A stretch of DNA of 64,000 nt from Desulfobacca acetoxidans (GTDB lineage: Bacteria; Desulfobacterota; Desulfobaccia; Desulfobaccales; 0-14-0-80-60-11): contig DYLF01000004.1 in NCBI GenBank assembly GCA_020722205.1, forward strand, positions 17,375 to 81,374, read 5' to 3'. Below the pieces are notes generated by a model that made no database searches, was not told the DNA's origin, and was given only the letters and a program-made list of their open reading frames with translations. Shown here piece by piece: positions 53,405 to 63,989 of this stretch. How positions within the stretch are numbered: the first letter of the stretch is position 1; each line of letters begins with the position of its first letter. A program made the position numbers and the translations under genes.

Positions 53405-56206
53405 ATGGATTATAAAGACACTCTAAATCTGCCGCGTACCAGTTTCCCCATGAAGGCGGAGTTGCCCCGGCGGGAACCGGAGATGCTAAAACGTTGGGCA
53501 GAAATGGACCTCTACGGGAAGCTGCGGGCCCAATGCCAGGGGCGGCCGCGCTTTATTCTGCATGACGGTCCACCCTATGCCAACGGTCACATTCATCTGG
53601 GACACGCCCTGAACAAGATTCTGAAGGATATCATTATTAAGTCCCGGCAGATGTCGGGACTGGACTGCCCTTATATTCCGGGCTGGGACTGCCACGGCTT
53701 GCCCATTGAGCATCAGGTGGACAAAGAACTGAAAGAGCAAAGCCTGAGTTTATCTCAGACCGAGGTGCGGCGGCGCTGTCGGGCTTATGCGGAAAAATTC
53801 CTGTCCATTCAACGGCAGGAATTTATCCGCTTGGGGGTGCTGGGCGACTGGCAGCACCCCTACCTGACCATGGACCCCGCCTACGTGGCGACCATCCTGA
53901 CGGAATATGGCAAGTTTTTTTTCAGTGGGGCCATTTATCGGAGCAAGAAGCCCGTTCATTGGTGCGCCACCTGCCACACCGCCTTGGCGGAGGCTGAAGT
54001 GGAATACGAGGAGCACCATACTCCGTCGGTTTTTGTGAAATTTCCCTTGGTCTGTTCCCCTCCGAACCTGCCAGACCTTGGAGCCCCTTCCACTTTTTTT
54101 GTCATTTGGACCACCACCCCCTGGACCCTGCCGGCCAACTTGGCCATCGCGGTGCATCCGGACTTGGAGTACGCTGTGGTAGAAACGAACGGGGAGCGCT
54201 TGGTGGTGGCTGCAGACCTCGCCTCTGGCCTCTTGTCTTCCTGGGGCCGCCGGGGGACGGAGGTCGGACGGGTGCAGGGAGTCAAGCTCGAAGGCGCCAT
54301 TTGTCGCCATCCCTGGATTGACCGGGATTCCAAAGTAATCCTGGCGGATTACGTGACGCTCACGGCGGGTACGGGGCTGGTGCACATCGCTCCCGGCCAC
54401 GGCCAGGAGGACTACGACAGCGGCCGCAAATACGGGTTGGCACCTTATTCCCCGGTGGACGATAACGGCTGTTTTACTTCTGAGGTACCGGAATTTCAGG
54501 GGCAACAGGTTTGGCAGGCGAACCATGGTGTTATCGAGCTTCTCCAGAAGCGTGGGGTGTTGTTGAAAGCAGAAGAGAGCGTTCACAGCTATCCCCATTG
54601 CTGGCGGTGCAAGCAACCCATTATTTTTCGGGCGACAGAACAATGGTTTATATCAATGGAGGCCAACGATTTGCGACAGAAAGCCCTGGCGGCCATTGAC
54701 CAGAGCACTTGGATTCCCCGCTGGGGGCGGGAGCGCATCTACCAGATGGTGGCCCACCGCCCGGACTGGTGCATTTCACGCCAGCGGGCTTGGGGAGTGC
54801 CCATTGTGGCCTTTCACTGCCAGGGCTGCGGCGAAGTATTACTGACCAGAGAGATCCTGGGGGGCATAATTGGCAGGGTGCACCAGGAAGGGGTGGATTT
54901 TTGGTTTGCCCAGCCGGCCGAGGATTTGCTGCCGGAAGATGTCAGTTGTCCTCGCTGCGGCTGCGGCTCCTTTGCCAAGGAGACGGATATCCTGGATGTC
55001 TGGTTTGATTCCGGGGTGAGCTTCGCAGCGGTGGCCGAACCCAACCCGGCATTGGGTTTTCCGGTAGATCTTTATCTCGAGGGCTCCGACCAGCACCGGG
55101 GCTGGTTTCATAGCAGTCTCTTGGCTGCGGTGGGCACCCGGGGGCAGGCCCCTTATCGGGCGGTGTTGACTCATGGGTTCGTGGTGGATGGGGAAGGCCG
55201 CAAGATGTCAAAATCTTTAGGGAACGTTATTGTCCCACAGGAGATCATGGAAAAATATGGGGCTGAGATCCTGCGGCTGTGGGTAGCAGCAGAAGATTAT
55301 CGGGACGATGTGCGCCTGTCGGATTCGATCCTGAAGCAACTGGCTGACTCTTACCGGCGTTTCCGCAACACCGCCCGTTTCATGTTAGGCAATCTGGCCG
55401 ATTTTGACCCTGAGAGCCACACCGTCCCTTTGGCTGAGAGGGAAGAACTGGACCGCTTGGCCCTGTCTTGGCTGGCGCAGCTCATTGATCGGGTCAGAAA
55501 AGCCTATTTGGATTATGAGTTTCATTTAGTTTTTCATCGCCTGCATCAGTTTTGCGCGGTGGAAATGTCTGCCATTTATTTGGACATCTTAAAAGACCGC
55601 CTCTATATCTCCCGACCTGACTCCCTGGCCCGACGGAGCGCCCAGAGTACGCTTTACGAAATCTTACATGCTCTTGTTTTGCTCATGGCGCCCATTCTGT
55701 CGTTCACCGCGGAGGAGGTCTGGCAGTATCTCCCCGGTAAGGGACGGCCGGAGAGCGTCCACTTGGGGACTTTTCCGGCGGTGCCGGCAGGCTTACCGGA
55801 TGAGGCTTTGGTTGACAAATATGAGTTTTTATGCCGGGTGCGGGATGAGATCAATCGAGGTTTGGAGGAGGCAAGGAAGAGCAAACTCTTGAGTACGCCC
55901 CAAGAGGCTCGGATTGTGCTGGCTGCTGTTGACGAAGGCCTATATAAACGGCTGGCCTCCCACCTCAGCGAGCTGAAAACCCTGGCTCAGGTGGCGGAAC
56001 TTTCGTTGCTGCCGGAGCCGGTCGGCATGGGCCGACAGACTCTGGAGGGCCAAGGGATTGCCGGTCTGACGGTGCAGGTGGAGCGAGCGGCAGGAGAGAA
56101 ATGCGTGCGTTGCTGGTTTTACTCGGAAACTGTGGGGAGGGATCCTGACCATCCCCGGTTGTGCGCCCGCTGCCGCGAGGTCTTGGCTCAATCTTCAGCG
56201 CTTTGA
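53405..56206 (+). CDS. ileS: isoleucyl-tRNA synthetase
   Basis: '[18 protein letters not shown]', '[14 protein letters not shown]' (HIGH), 'KMSKSLGN' (KMSKS) and a C-terminal zinc-finger CxxC pair. I prefer the ATG at 53405 to the TTG at 53399 listed in the ORF track. Confidence 0.95.
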   Translation: MDYKDTLNLPRTSFPMKAELPRREPEMLKRWAEMDLYGKLRAQCQGRPRFILHDGPPYANGHIHLGHALNKILKDIIIKSRQMSGLDCPYIPGWDCHGLPIEHQVDKELKEQSLSLSQTEVRRRCRAYAEKFLSIQRQEFIRLGVLGDWQHPYLTMDPAYVATILTEYGKFFFSGAIYRSKKPVHWCATCHTALAEAEVEYEEHHTPSVFVKFPLVCSPPNLPDLGAPSTFFVIWTTTPWTLPANLAIAVHPDLEYAVVETNGERLVVAADLASGLLSSWGRRGTEVGRVQGVKLEGAICRHPWIDRDSKVILADYVTLTAGTGLVHIAPGHGQEDYDSGRKYGLAPYSPVDDNGCFTSEVPEFQGQQVWQANHGVIELLQKRGVLLKAEESVHSYPHCWRCKQPIIFRATEQWFISMEANDLRQKALAAIDQSTWIPRWGRERIYQMVAHRPDWCISRQRAWGVPIVAFHCQGCGEVLLTREILGGIIGRVHQEGVDFWFAQPAEDLLPEDVSCPRCGCGSFAKETDILDVWFDSGVSFAAVAEPNPALGFPVDLYLEGSDQHRGWFHSSLLAAVGTRGQAPYRAVLTHGFVVDGEGRKMSKSLGNVIVPQEIMEKYGAEILRLWVAAEDYRDDVRLSDSILKQLADSYRRFRNTARFMLGNLADFDPESHTVPLAEREELDRLALSWLAQLIDRVRKAYLDYEFHLVFHRLHQFCAVEMSAIYLDILKDRLYISRPDSLARRSAQSTLYEILHALVLLMAPILSFTAEEVWQYLPGKGRPESVHLGTFPAVPAGLPDEALVDKYEFLCRVRDEINRGLEEARKSKLLSTPQEARIVLAAVDEGLYKRLASHLSELKTLAQVAELSLLPEPVGMGRQTLEGQGIAGLTVQVERAAGEKCVRCWFYSETVGRDPDHPRLCARCREVLAQSSAL

Positions 56207-56311
56207 GAAAAAGTAATTCTTCAAGAACCCAAGGACGGGGAGAATATCAGGTCAAAAGCAGAGAGCAAAGCCACCAACCAAAAAACCGGAATCGAGAACC
56301 CAGAACTCAAA

Positions 56312-56839
56312 ATGTCCCGCAAACTTGTCATCTTGCTGCCGGTTCTCTTAATCGGCGTAATTCTGGACCAGGTCGCCAAAGTACTGGTGATCCAATATTT
56401 GGCCTTAGGTGCTCAGGTACCGGTCATAAAGGGCTTCTTCAACCTGGTACACACCCGCAATCGCGGCGCCGCTTTCGGTTTGCTGTCTCATCTGTCGTCG
56501 GATTTTGCCTGGCTATTTTTTCTGACCACCACCAGCCTGGTGATTTTGGTAGTAGGATATCTCTGGTGGCGTGTGCCAGTGGAGAAGGCCTCCGGTGTTA
56601 TGGAAACCCGGCACAATGTCGCCTGTTTGGGATACAGCCTGATCCTTGCGGGTGCGGTCGGTAACCTCATAGACCGCTTTCGGCTGAAGGAGGTAGTTGA
56701 CTTCCTGGACTTTTACCTGGGAAGGTACCACTGGCCGGCCTTCAATGTGGCCGACAGCCTGGTGTGCTTGGGGGCGGCCCTGTTAGCCTGGGTCATACTC
56801 ACGGAGAAAGAAAGTTCACATGTATCCCATTCTGTTTGA
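56312..56839 (+). CDS. lspA: lipoprotein signal peptidase II
   Basis: 'NRGAAFG' and 'VVDFLDFYLGRYHWPAFNVADS' motifs, with 4 TM helices. Confidence 0.9.
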   Translation: MSRKLVILLPVLLIGVILDQVAKVLVIQYLALGAQVPVIKGFFNLVHTRNRGAAFGLLSHLSSDFAWLFFLTTTSLVILVVGYLWWRVPVEKASGVMETRHNVACLGYSLILAGAVGNLIDRFRLKEVVDFLDFYLGRYHWPAFNVADSLVCLGAALLAWVILTEKESSHVSHSV

Positions 56840-57629
56840 TTTCGGCCCAGTCAAGATCTTTACCTACGGCTTTTTCCTGGCACTGGCCTTTGTCACCGCC
56901 ATTTATGTGGCAGGGCGCGAAGCCGGGCGTCTTTCTCTGCCGATAGGACGGTTTTACGATCTGTGTTTCTATATCATTCTGGCGGCCTTGATCGGCTCCC
57001 GCCTGCTCTATGTTATCCTGGAGTACCGCTATTTTTTGGCAAACCCACTGCAGATAGTGGCGCTTTGGAAGGGAGGCCTGGTTTTCCACGGCGGTTTGGG
57101 GTTGGCCTTGGCGGTGGCCTTTTTTTACATGCACCGGTACCACCTGCCCTGGCGGCCCACTCTGGACGCCTTGGCGGTGGGCATGCCATTAGGCCAGATG
57201 CTGGGCCGGGTAGGTTGTTTCATGGCCGGGTGCTGTTATGGGACTCCCACAACCTTGCCCTGGGCCGTCACTTTTACCCATCCAGAAAGTCTGTGCCCGT
57301 TGCGGGTACCCATCCATCCGGCCCAGCTGTATGAAGCCCTGCTGTCGGGGTGTGTATTCGGGGTAGTCTATTGGCTCAGGGTCAGGAAACGCTTTGACGG
57401 CCAAGTCATCCTTACGTACTTCATTTTAGCTGGTCTGGTGCGCTTTGGAGTGGAATTTGTTCGATCTCCCTACGATTACCGCGGTCCGGTTTTTATTGGC
57501 CTCCCCCTCACACAAATTATCGCCTTAAGCATATCCTTGGTGAGCGCCGGTTTTCTCTGCTGGGGGATTTTCAGAGGGGGAAAAGGAGAACAGGGAGTAA
57601 AGGGAAAAGGTTTAAAGGTTGAAGGGTAA
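56820..57629 (+). CDS. lgt: prolipoprotein diacylglyceryl transferase
   Basis: 'YGFFLALAF', 'LWKGGLVFHGGL', 'GRVGCFMAGCCYG' and 'HPAQLYEAL'. Confidence 0.9.
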   Translation: MYPILFDFGPVKIFTYGFFLALAFVTAIYVAGREAGRLSLPIGRFYDLCFYIILAALIGSRLLYVILEYRYFLANPLQIVALWKGGLVFHGGLGLALAVAFFYMHRYHLPWRPTLDALAVGMPLGQMLGRVGCFMAGCCYGTPTTLPWAVTFTHPESLCPLRVPIHPAQLYEALLSGCVFGVVYWLRVRKRFDGQVILTYFILAGLVRFGVEFVRSPYDYRGPVFIGLPLTQIIALSISLVSAGFLCWGIFRGGKGEQGVKGKGLKVEG

Positions 57630-57647
57630 TATTAAGGTTTATTTAAA

Positions 57648-58502
57648 TTGCTGAACTTGACAGCCGAGAACCCGAAAGCCAAAAACATCAGCCCGCTCTT
57701 GCAGCGCTGGCTTACGGCTATGGTACTCATCCCGGTTCTGCTCCTGGTGCTGCTCAAGGGCGGCCGACTCTTGTTCGCGGCACTGATTCTCCTGGTGGGT
57801 GGGGTGGGGCAATGGGAATTTTTAGAGATGTTCCAGGCCGGGGGCGACCGGGGGCGCAAGGCCAAGGTGGTCATCCTGGGGGCGATGGTGGCTTTGAGCT
57901 TTTGCTTGGCGCCGCAGGCTGCGCAGTGGCCCCTTTTTGTCCTGGTGTTTTGCCTTTTTGCCCTGTTTCTCTTTTATCTCCTTAGTTATGAGCACTTCCA
58001 GAACCTCGCTTGGGAATTGGCGGTGAACACCCTGGGCCTTCTCTATCTGCCATTTCTCTTGGGATATTTTATCTGGCTCCGCTTTCTTCCTGACGGCGAG
58101 TGGTGGGTCATGTGGTTATTGGCGGTGATTTTCGCCGGGGATACAGCGGCCTTTTATAGCGGCCGGGCAGTGGGTCGGAACAAACTTTATGTGCAGGTGA
58201 GTCCTGGCAAAACCTGGGAAGGAACTGCGGGAGGGCTAATGGCCAACCTGGTGGGGGGCATCTTGTTGGGCAAATGGTTGCTGCCCCAGCTGACCATCTG
58301 GTCCTTAGCTTGTCTGGGGCTGGTTTTGGGAACGTTAGGCGTCCTGGGGGATTTGTTTGAATCCATGCTTAAGCGTCAGTTCCAGATAAAAGATGCCAGC
58401 CATCTTTTACCGGGCCACGGCGGGATGCTGGACCGGCTGGACAGCTTGTTGTTTGCAGCGCCGGCCCTGGTTTACGCCCGGCTGTTGGTTTTGAATCTTT
58501 AG
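57648..58502 (+). CDS. cdsA: phosphatidate cytidylyltransferase
   Basis: 'SPGKTWEG' and 'KRQFQIKDASHLLPGHGGMLDRLDSLLF' signatures. The TTG start is uncertain. Confidence 0.85.
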   Translation: MLNLTAENPKAKNISPLLQRWLTAMVLIPVLLLVLLKGGRLLFAALILLVGGVGQWEFLEMFQAGGDRGRKAKVVILGAMVALSFCLAPQAAQWPLFVLVFCLFALFLFYLLSYEHFQNLAWELAVNTLGLLYLPFLLGYFIWLRFLPDGEWWVMWLLAVIFAGDTAAFYSGRAVGRNKLYVQVSPGKTWEGTAGGLMANLVGGILLGKWLLPQLTIWSLACLGLVLGTLGVLGDLFESMLKRQFQIKDASHLLPGHGGMLDRLDSLLFAAPALVYARLLVLNL

Positions 58503-58513
58503 GGAGGATAAGC

Positions 58514-59182
58514 ATGGAACTAATGACAGGGCTGACCCAGCGAAAGAGCATTCGGGCCTTCAAGCCGGAGCCGGTAACCAGAGAAGTGGCGGCCAGCATT
58601 CTGGAAGCGGCTCGCTGGTCCCCCTCATGGGGCAACACCCAACCATGGGAGTTTGTGGTGGTGGGGGGTGAGCCACTTAAACGCCTTACTGAGGCCATGG
58701 CCGCCAGGTTTAATGAGCGGGTGCCGCCCAATCCGGACGTGCCCATGCCGGAAACCTTTCCGGATGACTACCGAGCGCGATACATGGACTGCGCCGCCGG
58801 CCTGTTTAGTTGCCTGGGGATCAAACGGGAGGAGAAAGACCGGCGCTTTGCGCATATGCTCCATATGACCAGGGCGTATGGGGCGCCGGCCATCATCTAT
58901 GTAACTTTCAAAACGGGGCTCATGGTGCCCTACACCATGTTTGACCTGGGGGCCATCACCCATGCCATATGCTTGGCAGCGCTGGCCCATGGGTTGGGAA
59001 GTTGCATCGAAGCCCAACTGGCCCTTTATCCCGACTTAGTGCGCCAATACCTCAATTTGCCTGACATTTGCAAAATCGCGGTGGGGATTGCACTGGGATA
59101 TGCGGATGAGGGTGCGCCGGCCAACACCTTTCGCTCCAGCCGGGAACCTGTAGAGAAACTGGTCAAATGGTTAGGTCTTTAA
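58514..59182 (+). CDS. nitroreductase-family flavoprotein
   Basis: 'RKSIRAFKPEPV', 'ARWSPSWGNTQPWEFVVV' and a C-terminal 'RSSREPVEKLVKW'. Confidence 0.85.
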   Translation: MELMTGLTQRKSIRAFKPEPVTREVAASILEAARWSPSWGNTQPWEFVVVGGEPLKRLTEAMAARFNERVPPNPDVPMPETFPDDYRARYMDCAAGLFSCLGIKREEKDRRFAHMLHMTRAYGAPAIIYVTFKTGLMVPYTMFDLGAITHAICLAALAHGLGSCIEAQLALYPDLVRQYLNLPDICKIAVGIALGYADEGAPANTFRSSREPVEKLVKWLGL

Positions 59183-59333
59183 ATGATCACAAGGCTTCAC
59201 CCAAGGAGGATTTTTCCACTTCAAGGCGCCAAGAACATCGGCTACTATATCTTTGCGGCCCGGGCGCCTTGGCGAGGGTCATTAATTTCCCGCCGAGACG
59301 CTAGACAGATAGCCCGGCCGCGTGATTCACGGC

Positions 59334-59645
59334 TTACTTTAGTGTCAGCAGATAATCAATCAAGGCCTGCAATTCATGTGGGCGCAGGTGGGCGTAGTTG
59401 GGCATGCGGGCCTGAGGGTGATAGCGGCGGGGGTGGGCCAGGAGGGCTTTGAGCTGGTCGGCGGAGAAGCGGGTGCCGACGTTAGCCAGACTGACGGCCT
59501 CCCCGCTCCCCTGATCCGGTCGGCTATGACAGGCAAAACAGCCCAGGCGCTGGGCCAGGTCTGCGCCGGGACTTTTTGCCGCCAAGACCGGTGCAAACAT
59601 GAGGGCCAGCCCCAGTCCGGCCAAAGCCAGGCGGCCGGTTTTCAT
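59334..59645 (-). CDS. mono-haem class I c-type cytochrome (secreted)
   Basis: Signal peptide, 'CFACH' haem-binding motif and a distal 'RMPNY' Met ligand candidate. Confidence 0.8.
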   Translation of the reverse strand: MKTGRLALAGLGLALMFAPVLAAKSPGADLAQRLGCFACHSRPDQGSGEAVSLANVGTRFSADQLKALLAHPRRYHPQARMPNYAHLRPHELQALIDYLLTLK

Positions 59646-60112
59646 GGCTGCTGTCGGCCCTCGGCGATCATCTTTTGCAATTGGGTTTTTTCCGGATGGT
59701 TCGGATTTACCATTAGGGCCCGCACAAAAAGAGGGGCGGCTTTGGTCTTCTCACCCTGGTAGTAGAAAGTGGAGCCCAGGTTAATCAAAGCCACCCAGTA
59801 GTCAGGGTCAATATCCAGGGCCTTTTGAAAGGCGGCGACTTCTTTTCCCCGCCAATCCGGGTTGCGGGTCTGGTTATATTTGAACCGGTAGGCCATGCCC
59901 AGGAGGTTATAGGTCACAGCGGATTTGGCTTCGAGGGCCAGCGCCTTCTGAAAACTGTCAATGGCCAGATCATATTCCTGCTTTTCTAAGTGACGGCTGC
60001 CTTCTTTCACCAGCAGTTGCGCTTTTTTGCCTGGGTCCTGAGAATTGTCCTCCCCAAAACCACAGCCCAGCAAGGCCAGGCTGACCAAGAAAATTAATAA
60101 TGTTTTGTACAT
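59642..60112 (-). CDS. TPR-repeat lipoprotein
   Basis: Lipobox 'LALLGC' followed by TPR-like repeats ('YDLAIDSFQKALALEAKSAVTYNLLGMAY'). 4-nt overlap with the cytochrome c gene. Confidence 0.7.
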   Translation of the reverse strand: MYKTLLIFLVSLALLGCGFGEDNSQDPGKKAQLLVKEGSRHLEKQEYDLAIDSFQKALALEAKSAVTYNLLGMAYRFKYNQTRNPDWRGKEVAAFQKALDIDPDYWVALINLGSTFYYQGEKTKAAPLFVRALMVNPNHPEKTQLQKMIAEGRQQP

Positions 60113-60216
60113 ATTGCCTCCTTTGGCCTGGTCTCCGGCGGCCGCCGATGGGTGGCGGACTGGCTCCTGGAATTAATATGGAGCGCCAGGGGAATTATGA
60201 TTTTGGCATTTAATAA

Positions 60217-61176
60217 CTAATCGGCCATTTGGGATAAAAACTTCAGAAATCTCTCCCGGTCAGGAGGAAGGGGAATTCTGGTAGCCGGCGCGGTGAGGCT
60301 GTTGGCCAACAGGCCACGGGCTTGCAAGGCGATCTTGAGAAGCGGTGCCGGGGCGGGTTGGTACAGGCTGCTCAACTCCAGCAGAAGACTGCACTCCTGC
60401 CAGAGGCGTGGGCGGCTTGCCCCACTATCGGCAAGCTCTTCCGCTTGGCGACAGGCTCTTACCACCCGCCGCCAGGTCTGCGGAAAGAGCTGCGCCCCCG
60501 CCGACACCAGGCCCCATGCTCCCGGCCGCTCCACAAAGGCGACCTCCGAGGCTTCGTAGAAGATAAATCCGGGGTGATGAGCCACTGCCTGATGGTAGTT
60601 TAAGAACCGGCGCATGTCGCCTTGGTAGATCAACCCCCTGATGCCAGGGTTGGCCGACATCTTTTTCAGCACTTGGGTGCGGATGTTCCGGTGCTTTAAG
60701 ATTTTCCCCCGCTGTCCCACCAGCTTTGGCAAATTCAGCAGCAGCAGTGGCAGGCCGACCTCAGACAACAGCGCCTCATAAAACTGTGGCAAACCCCGGT
60801 TGCTGTGATACCACAGGGGCAAGTCCACCAGGAAGACGGGGGGGGCAGCGTGATGCCCATGGCATACTTGGGCCGCGGCCAGGGCCAGCTCTCTAGTGGC
60901 CTCGAGGGTGTCTGCGGTGACAGCGAAAAACAGGGGTAGCCGTCTCGGCAACACCTCTGACAGGCAGCGTAGCAAGGTAAGGCGGGTAGCGGGCGGCAAC
61001 GCCAGGCCCTCCCCGATTATTGGCCCTCCGGCCAACAGGCCGTCGGCGACCGGGGCCAAGTGAGAGAGCAGGCGCATCAGGCTTTCCTGATCCAGAGTTC
61101 CGGTCGTGGTGAGGGGGCTCACCAGTTCGATAATCAGGCCTTCGGGCAGGCTTGGTGAGATGCTTGGGTCAGTCAT
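60217..61176 (-). CDS. divergent DapA/DHDPS-family (class I aldolase-like) protein
   Basis: The N-terminal 'LVSPLTTTGTLDQESLMRLLSHL...DGLLAGGPIIGEGLALP' follows the DapA-family pattern. The usual 'GIKE' Schiff-base lysine position reads 'GLIY'. Confidence 0.45.
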   Translation of the reverse strand: MTDPSISPSLPEGLIIELVSPLTTTGTLDQESLMRLLSHLAPVADGLLAGGPIIGEGLALPPATRLTLLRCLSEVLPRRLPLFFAVTADTLEATRELALAAAQVCHGHHAAPPVFLVDLPLWYHSNRGLPQFYEALLSEVGLPLLLLNLPKLVGQRGKILKHRNIRTQVLKKMSANPGIRGLIYQGDMRRFLNYHQAVAHHPGFIFYEASEVAFVERPGAWGLVSAGAQLFPQTWRRVVRACRQAEELADSGASRPRLWQECSLLLELSSLYQPAPAPLLKIALQARGLLANSLTAPATRIPLPPDRERFLKFLSQMAD

Positions 61177-61281
61177 TTTTTAAGCCGAATAAATTCTTGA
61201 CCTGCCGGTCCACTCCCTTTCTTTTCTAATTTCGCATAAAAGTGAGACCCAATATGAAGGATAGATGATATTTTCCTTAGT

Positions 61282-62262
61282 TCAGACTGTGAACTTGAAG
61301 TCCCCCCGTCCCAAGAGATCATGCAGATGCACAATCCCCACTACCTTGTTATTTTCATCCACCACCGGCAAGACGGTGATGGCCTCTCTTTCCATGAGAT
61401 CCAGGGCCTCGGCGCCGGGGGTGGTGGGGTGAAGACGGTGCGGGTTGGGGGTCATGACCTCTTTGGCCTTTTTATCCAGGATATAACCCCATTTTTTCAG
61501 GGCTCGGCGCAGGTCTCCGTCGGTGATGATGCCGGTCAGCCGCCAATGACGGTTTACCACTAAAGCGGTGCCCAACCTCTTGGCGTCCATTTCGACAATT
61601 ACCTGCGACAGAGGATCGTTGGGGCGGGCCAGCGGCAGGCGGGCGCCGGTGAGCATGATTTCGGCCACGGATAAGGACAGACGTTGGCCCAGAGTGCCGC
61701 CGGGATGAAACCTCTTGAAGTCACTAGGTTTAAAGCCTCTGTGGCGCAGCAGGGCCACGGCCAAGGCGTCGCCCATGGCCAGCATGGCAGTGGTGCTGGC
61801 GGTGGGGGCGAGGCCCAGGGGGCAGGCTTCCCGGGGGACGCCGGTGTCGATGACCACCTGGCTTGAGCGGGCCAGGGTGGAGGCGGGCCGGCCGGTGAAG
61901 GCGATGAGCGGCACCCCCAGGCGCTTCAGGCTGGGCAGCAGAATGGTCAGCTCCTGGGTTTCGCCGCTGTTGGACAGGGCCAGGACCACGTCATCTTTGG
62001 ACACCATGCCCAGATCGCCGTGCATGGCCTCCACCGGGTGGAGAAACAGGGCCCGGGTGCCGGTGGAGTTCAGGGTGGCTACGATCTTTCTAGCCACAAT
62101 GCCTGATTTGCCGACGCCGGTGAGGATGATGCGTCCTTGGGCGCGAAAAATCAGGTCCACCGCCTTGAGAAAACTGTCAGCCAGCTTAGGGATAAGTTGG
62201 TAGATGCCCTCGGCTTCGATGGTCAGGACTTCTTTGGCCAGGTTCAGGAGGGTACGGGACAT
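61282..62262 (-). CDS. kdsD: arabinose-5-phosphate isomerase (KpsF/KdsD; SIS + tandem CBS)
   Basis: 'GRIILTGVGKSGIVARKIVATLNSTGT...HPVEAMHGDLGMV' SIS domain and two C-terminal CBS motifs. The start is set at the internal ATG at 62262 ('MSRTLLNLAKE'). The ORF-track extension to 62454 overlaps the upstream gene and looks non-coding. Confidence 0.85.
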   Translation of the reverse strand: MSRTLLNLAKEVLTIEAEGIYQLIPKLADSFLKAVDLIFRAQGRIILTGVGKSGIVARKIVATLNSTGTRALFLHPVEAMHGDLGMVSKDDVVLALSNSGETQELTILLPSLKRLGVPLIAFTGRPASTLARSSQVVIDTGVPREACPLGLAPTASTTAMLAMGDALAVALLRHRGFKPSDFKRFHPGGTLGQRLSLSVAEIMLTGARLPLARPNDPLSQVIVEMDAKRLGTALVVNRHWRLTGIITDGDLRRALKKWGYILDKKAKEVMTPNPHRLHPTTPGAEALDLMEREAITVLPVVDENNKVVGIVHLHDLLGRGDFKFTV

Positions 62263-62408
62263 GGTTAAGCGCCGTGAGACCTGGGCCGTGAGCTGGCTGC
62301 CGTTTTGAGGTGAGGGTTGAGAGATTGCTTCGCAGAGGCCGGAAATAAAAAAGAATGGGCACTGGGGGCTGCGGGCCGGAGACTCATCTCTGAGAAACCT
62401 GGGGACCT

Positions 62409-63485
62409 TTAGGGGTCGGGGACAGGGATCAAGGCGCGGCCGACCATGATACAATCCTTACCCCGGCCCTTGCCGCAGAACATAGCGCGGTCGCCGATGA
62501 GAAGCAGGGTGTCCTTGTCGTGGGCGTCCTGGGGCAGGGTGGCGATGCCATAGCTGGCCGTGAGCTGAAGATTATACCCCTCGTCGGTCAGGAAGACGGC
62601 TTGATTGATGGTCTGGCGAAGCTGGCGGACCAGGGCCAGGGTTTGCTCCTGGGAGCGCTTCGGCAACAAGATGATAAATTCATCCCCCCCATAGCGGATC
62701 AGGCTGTCCTGGGGCCCCAACTGTTGGTGAATCACCCTGGCCAGTTCCGCCAGGATTCTGCTGCCCTTGAGATGACCCAGGGAGTCCACCAGCGCCTTGA
62801 AATTGTCCACGTCCAGAAAGACCACAGAGAGCTCCTGGCCGCTGGTCAGAGTCTCGGGGATGAGTCGTTCCAACTGGCAGCCCAGATAGCGGGTGTTGTA
62901 AAAACCGGTGCATTCGTCGATGAAAGTCCGGAGCTGCAGCCGTTGGAGGTTTTGGACGTTGTCCACCGCAATGGCCACATAATCGGCCAGGATGTTGATG
63001 AGGGGCAGGTATTTGGTGCGGAAGAAATCCTGGTTTTCCACATTGACCACTTCAAAGACGCCGATGATTCTGCCCCGTACCCTTAAGGGCAGGGCAATAA
63101 CAGACCGGGTGTCAAATCCGGTGACCTGGTCCACCTTGGGGCAAAAGCGGGGGTCCTGGCGGACATCAGGGATAATGACCGCCTCGCCCGTCTGTGCCAC
63201 CGTCCCGGCGATGCCTTCTCCTATTTTCAGGCGGATGCCCTTGATGAGGTCGGCGTCCACCCCCACCACGACGGCGAAATAAAGCTCCTGGTTCTGGCGG
63301 TCCAAGAGAAGCAGGGACCAGTTGCGGGCTGGGATGAGGCCATCGATCTTTTGCAGCACCGCGGTGAGCAGGCTCTCCATGTCATAGGCGCTCACCACCG
63401 TTTTGGAGAATTCAATACAGGCAAGCAGACGCTCCGTCTGCCCGACGTCGCTCAAGACATCCAGAAAATCCTGGTCTCCCCACAT
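62409..63485 (-). CDS. GAF-domain diguanylate cyclase (GGDEF)
   Basis: N-terminal GAF domain ('NWSLLLLDRQNQELYF...GEGIAGTVAQTGEAVIIPDV') and a C-terminal 'RYGGDEFIILL' active site. No RxxD I-site is visible upstream of GGDEF. Confidence 0.9.
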   Translation of the reverse strand: MWGDQDFLDVLSDVGQTERLLACIEFSKTVVSAYDMESLLTAVLQKIDGLIPARNWSLLLLDRQNQELYFAVVVGVDADLIKGIRLKIGEGIAGTVAQTGEAVIIPDVRQDPRFCPKVDQVTGFDTRSVIALPLRVRGRIIGVFEVVNVENQDFFRTKYLPLINILADYVAIAVDNVQNLQRLQLRTFIDECTGFYNTRYLGCQLERLIPETLTSGQELSVVFLDVDNFKALVDSLGHLKGSRILAELARVIHQQLGPQDSLIRYGGDEFIILLPKRSQEQTLALVRQLRQTINQAVFLTDEGYNLQLTASYGIATLPQDAHDKDTLLLIGDRAMFCGKGRGKDCIMVGRALIPVPDP

Positions 63486-63961
63486 GCCCGCTTCCTATCT
63501 TTCCAGAGATTTTATGAATAATAAGCGGATATGGCAAGGATTATTTGATCTTGGTCAAGGTGGGCCTCAATTCTCTTTCTCGAAGTCTTTTGGGCCAATG
63601 GGGCCAGCCTCTGGCCAGGAGAATCTTCCGCTAGAGGCGGGTTTGACCCCCCCTACAATGGAAGGCAATCAAGCTCAGAGTTCTGAGTTCTGATTTTGTA
63701 GTTATGGTTCTTCGTTGTTTGGTGTGGGTAAATATCCCGATTCCATAGTCTAACTCAATAAGCTGATGGTTATATTTTTGGGGGTGCTGCCCCCAAGCCC
63801 CCGCAGTTTAACGCTTTATGGACTATCGGATGGGCAGGGCGCCAAAACCAAACAAAATGCAATTATGCTCAATATCTAAAAGGGTTGCCACAGAGATAGA
63901 AATATTTGATGGTATATTAATTAGTTATGGCTACACACAATAAATAGCGAAGAGGCGTTTT

Positions 63962-63989
63962 AAAAATAGCCGGATTTCGGCGGCGGCTC
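63962..63989 (-). terminator. possible terminator of a minus-strand gene lying beyond the right window edge
   Basis: The minus strand reads GAGCCGCCGCCGAAATCCGGCTATTTTT, a short GC stem plus T5. The stem is weak at 4-5 bp. Confidence 0.25.

Noticed and set aside
62263-62454. N-terminal 64-codon extension of the KpsF/KdsD ORF ('MYHGRPRLDPCPRPLKVPRF...')
   Set aside because: The extension overlaps the 3' end of the GGDEF gene, is Pro/Arg-rich and unlike SIS-domain proteins. Homologous isomerases begin near 'MSRTLLNLAKE', so the ATG at 62262 was used.
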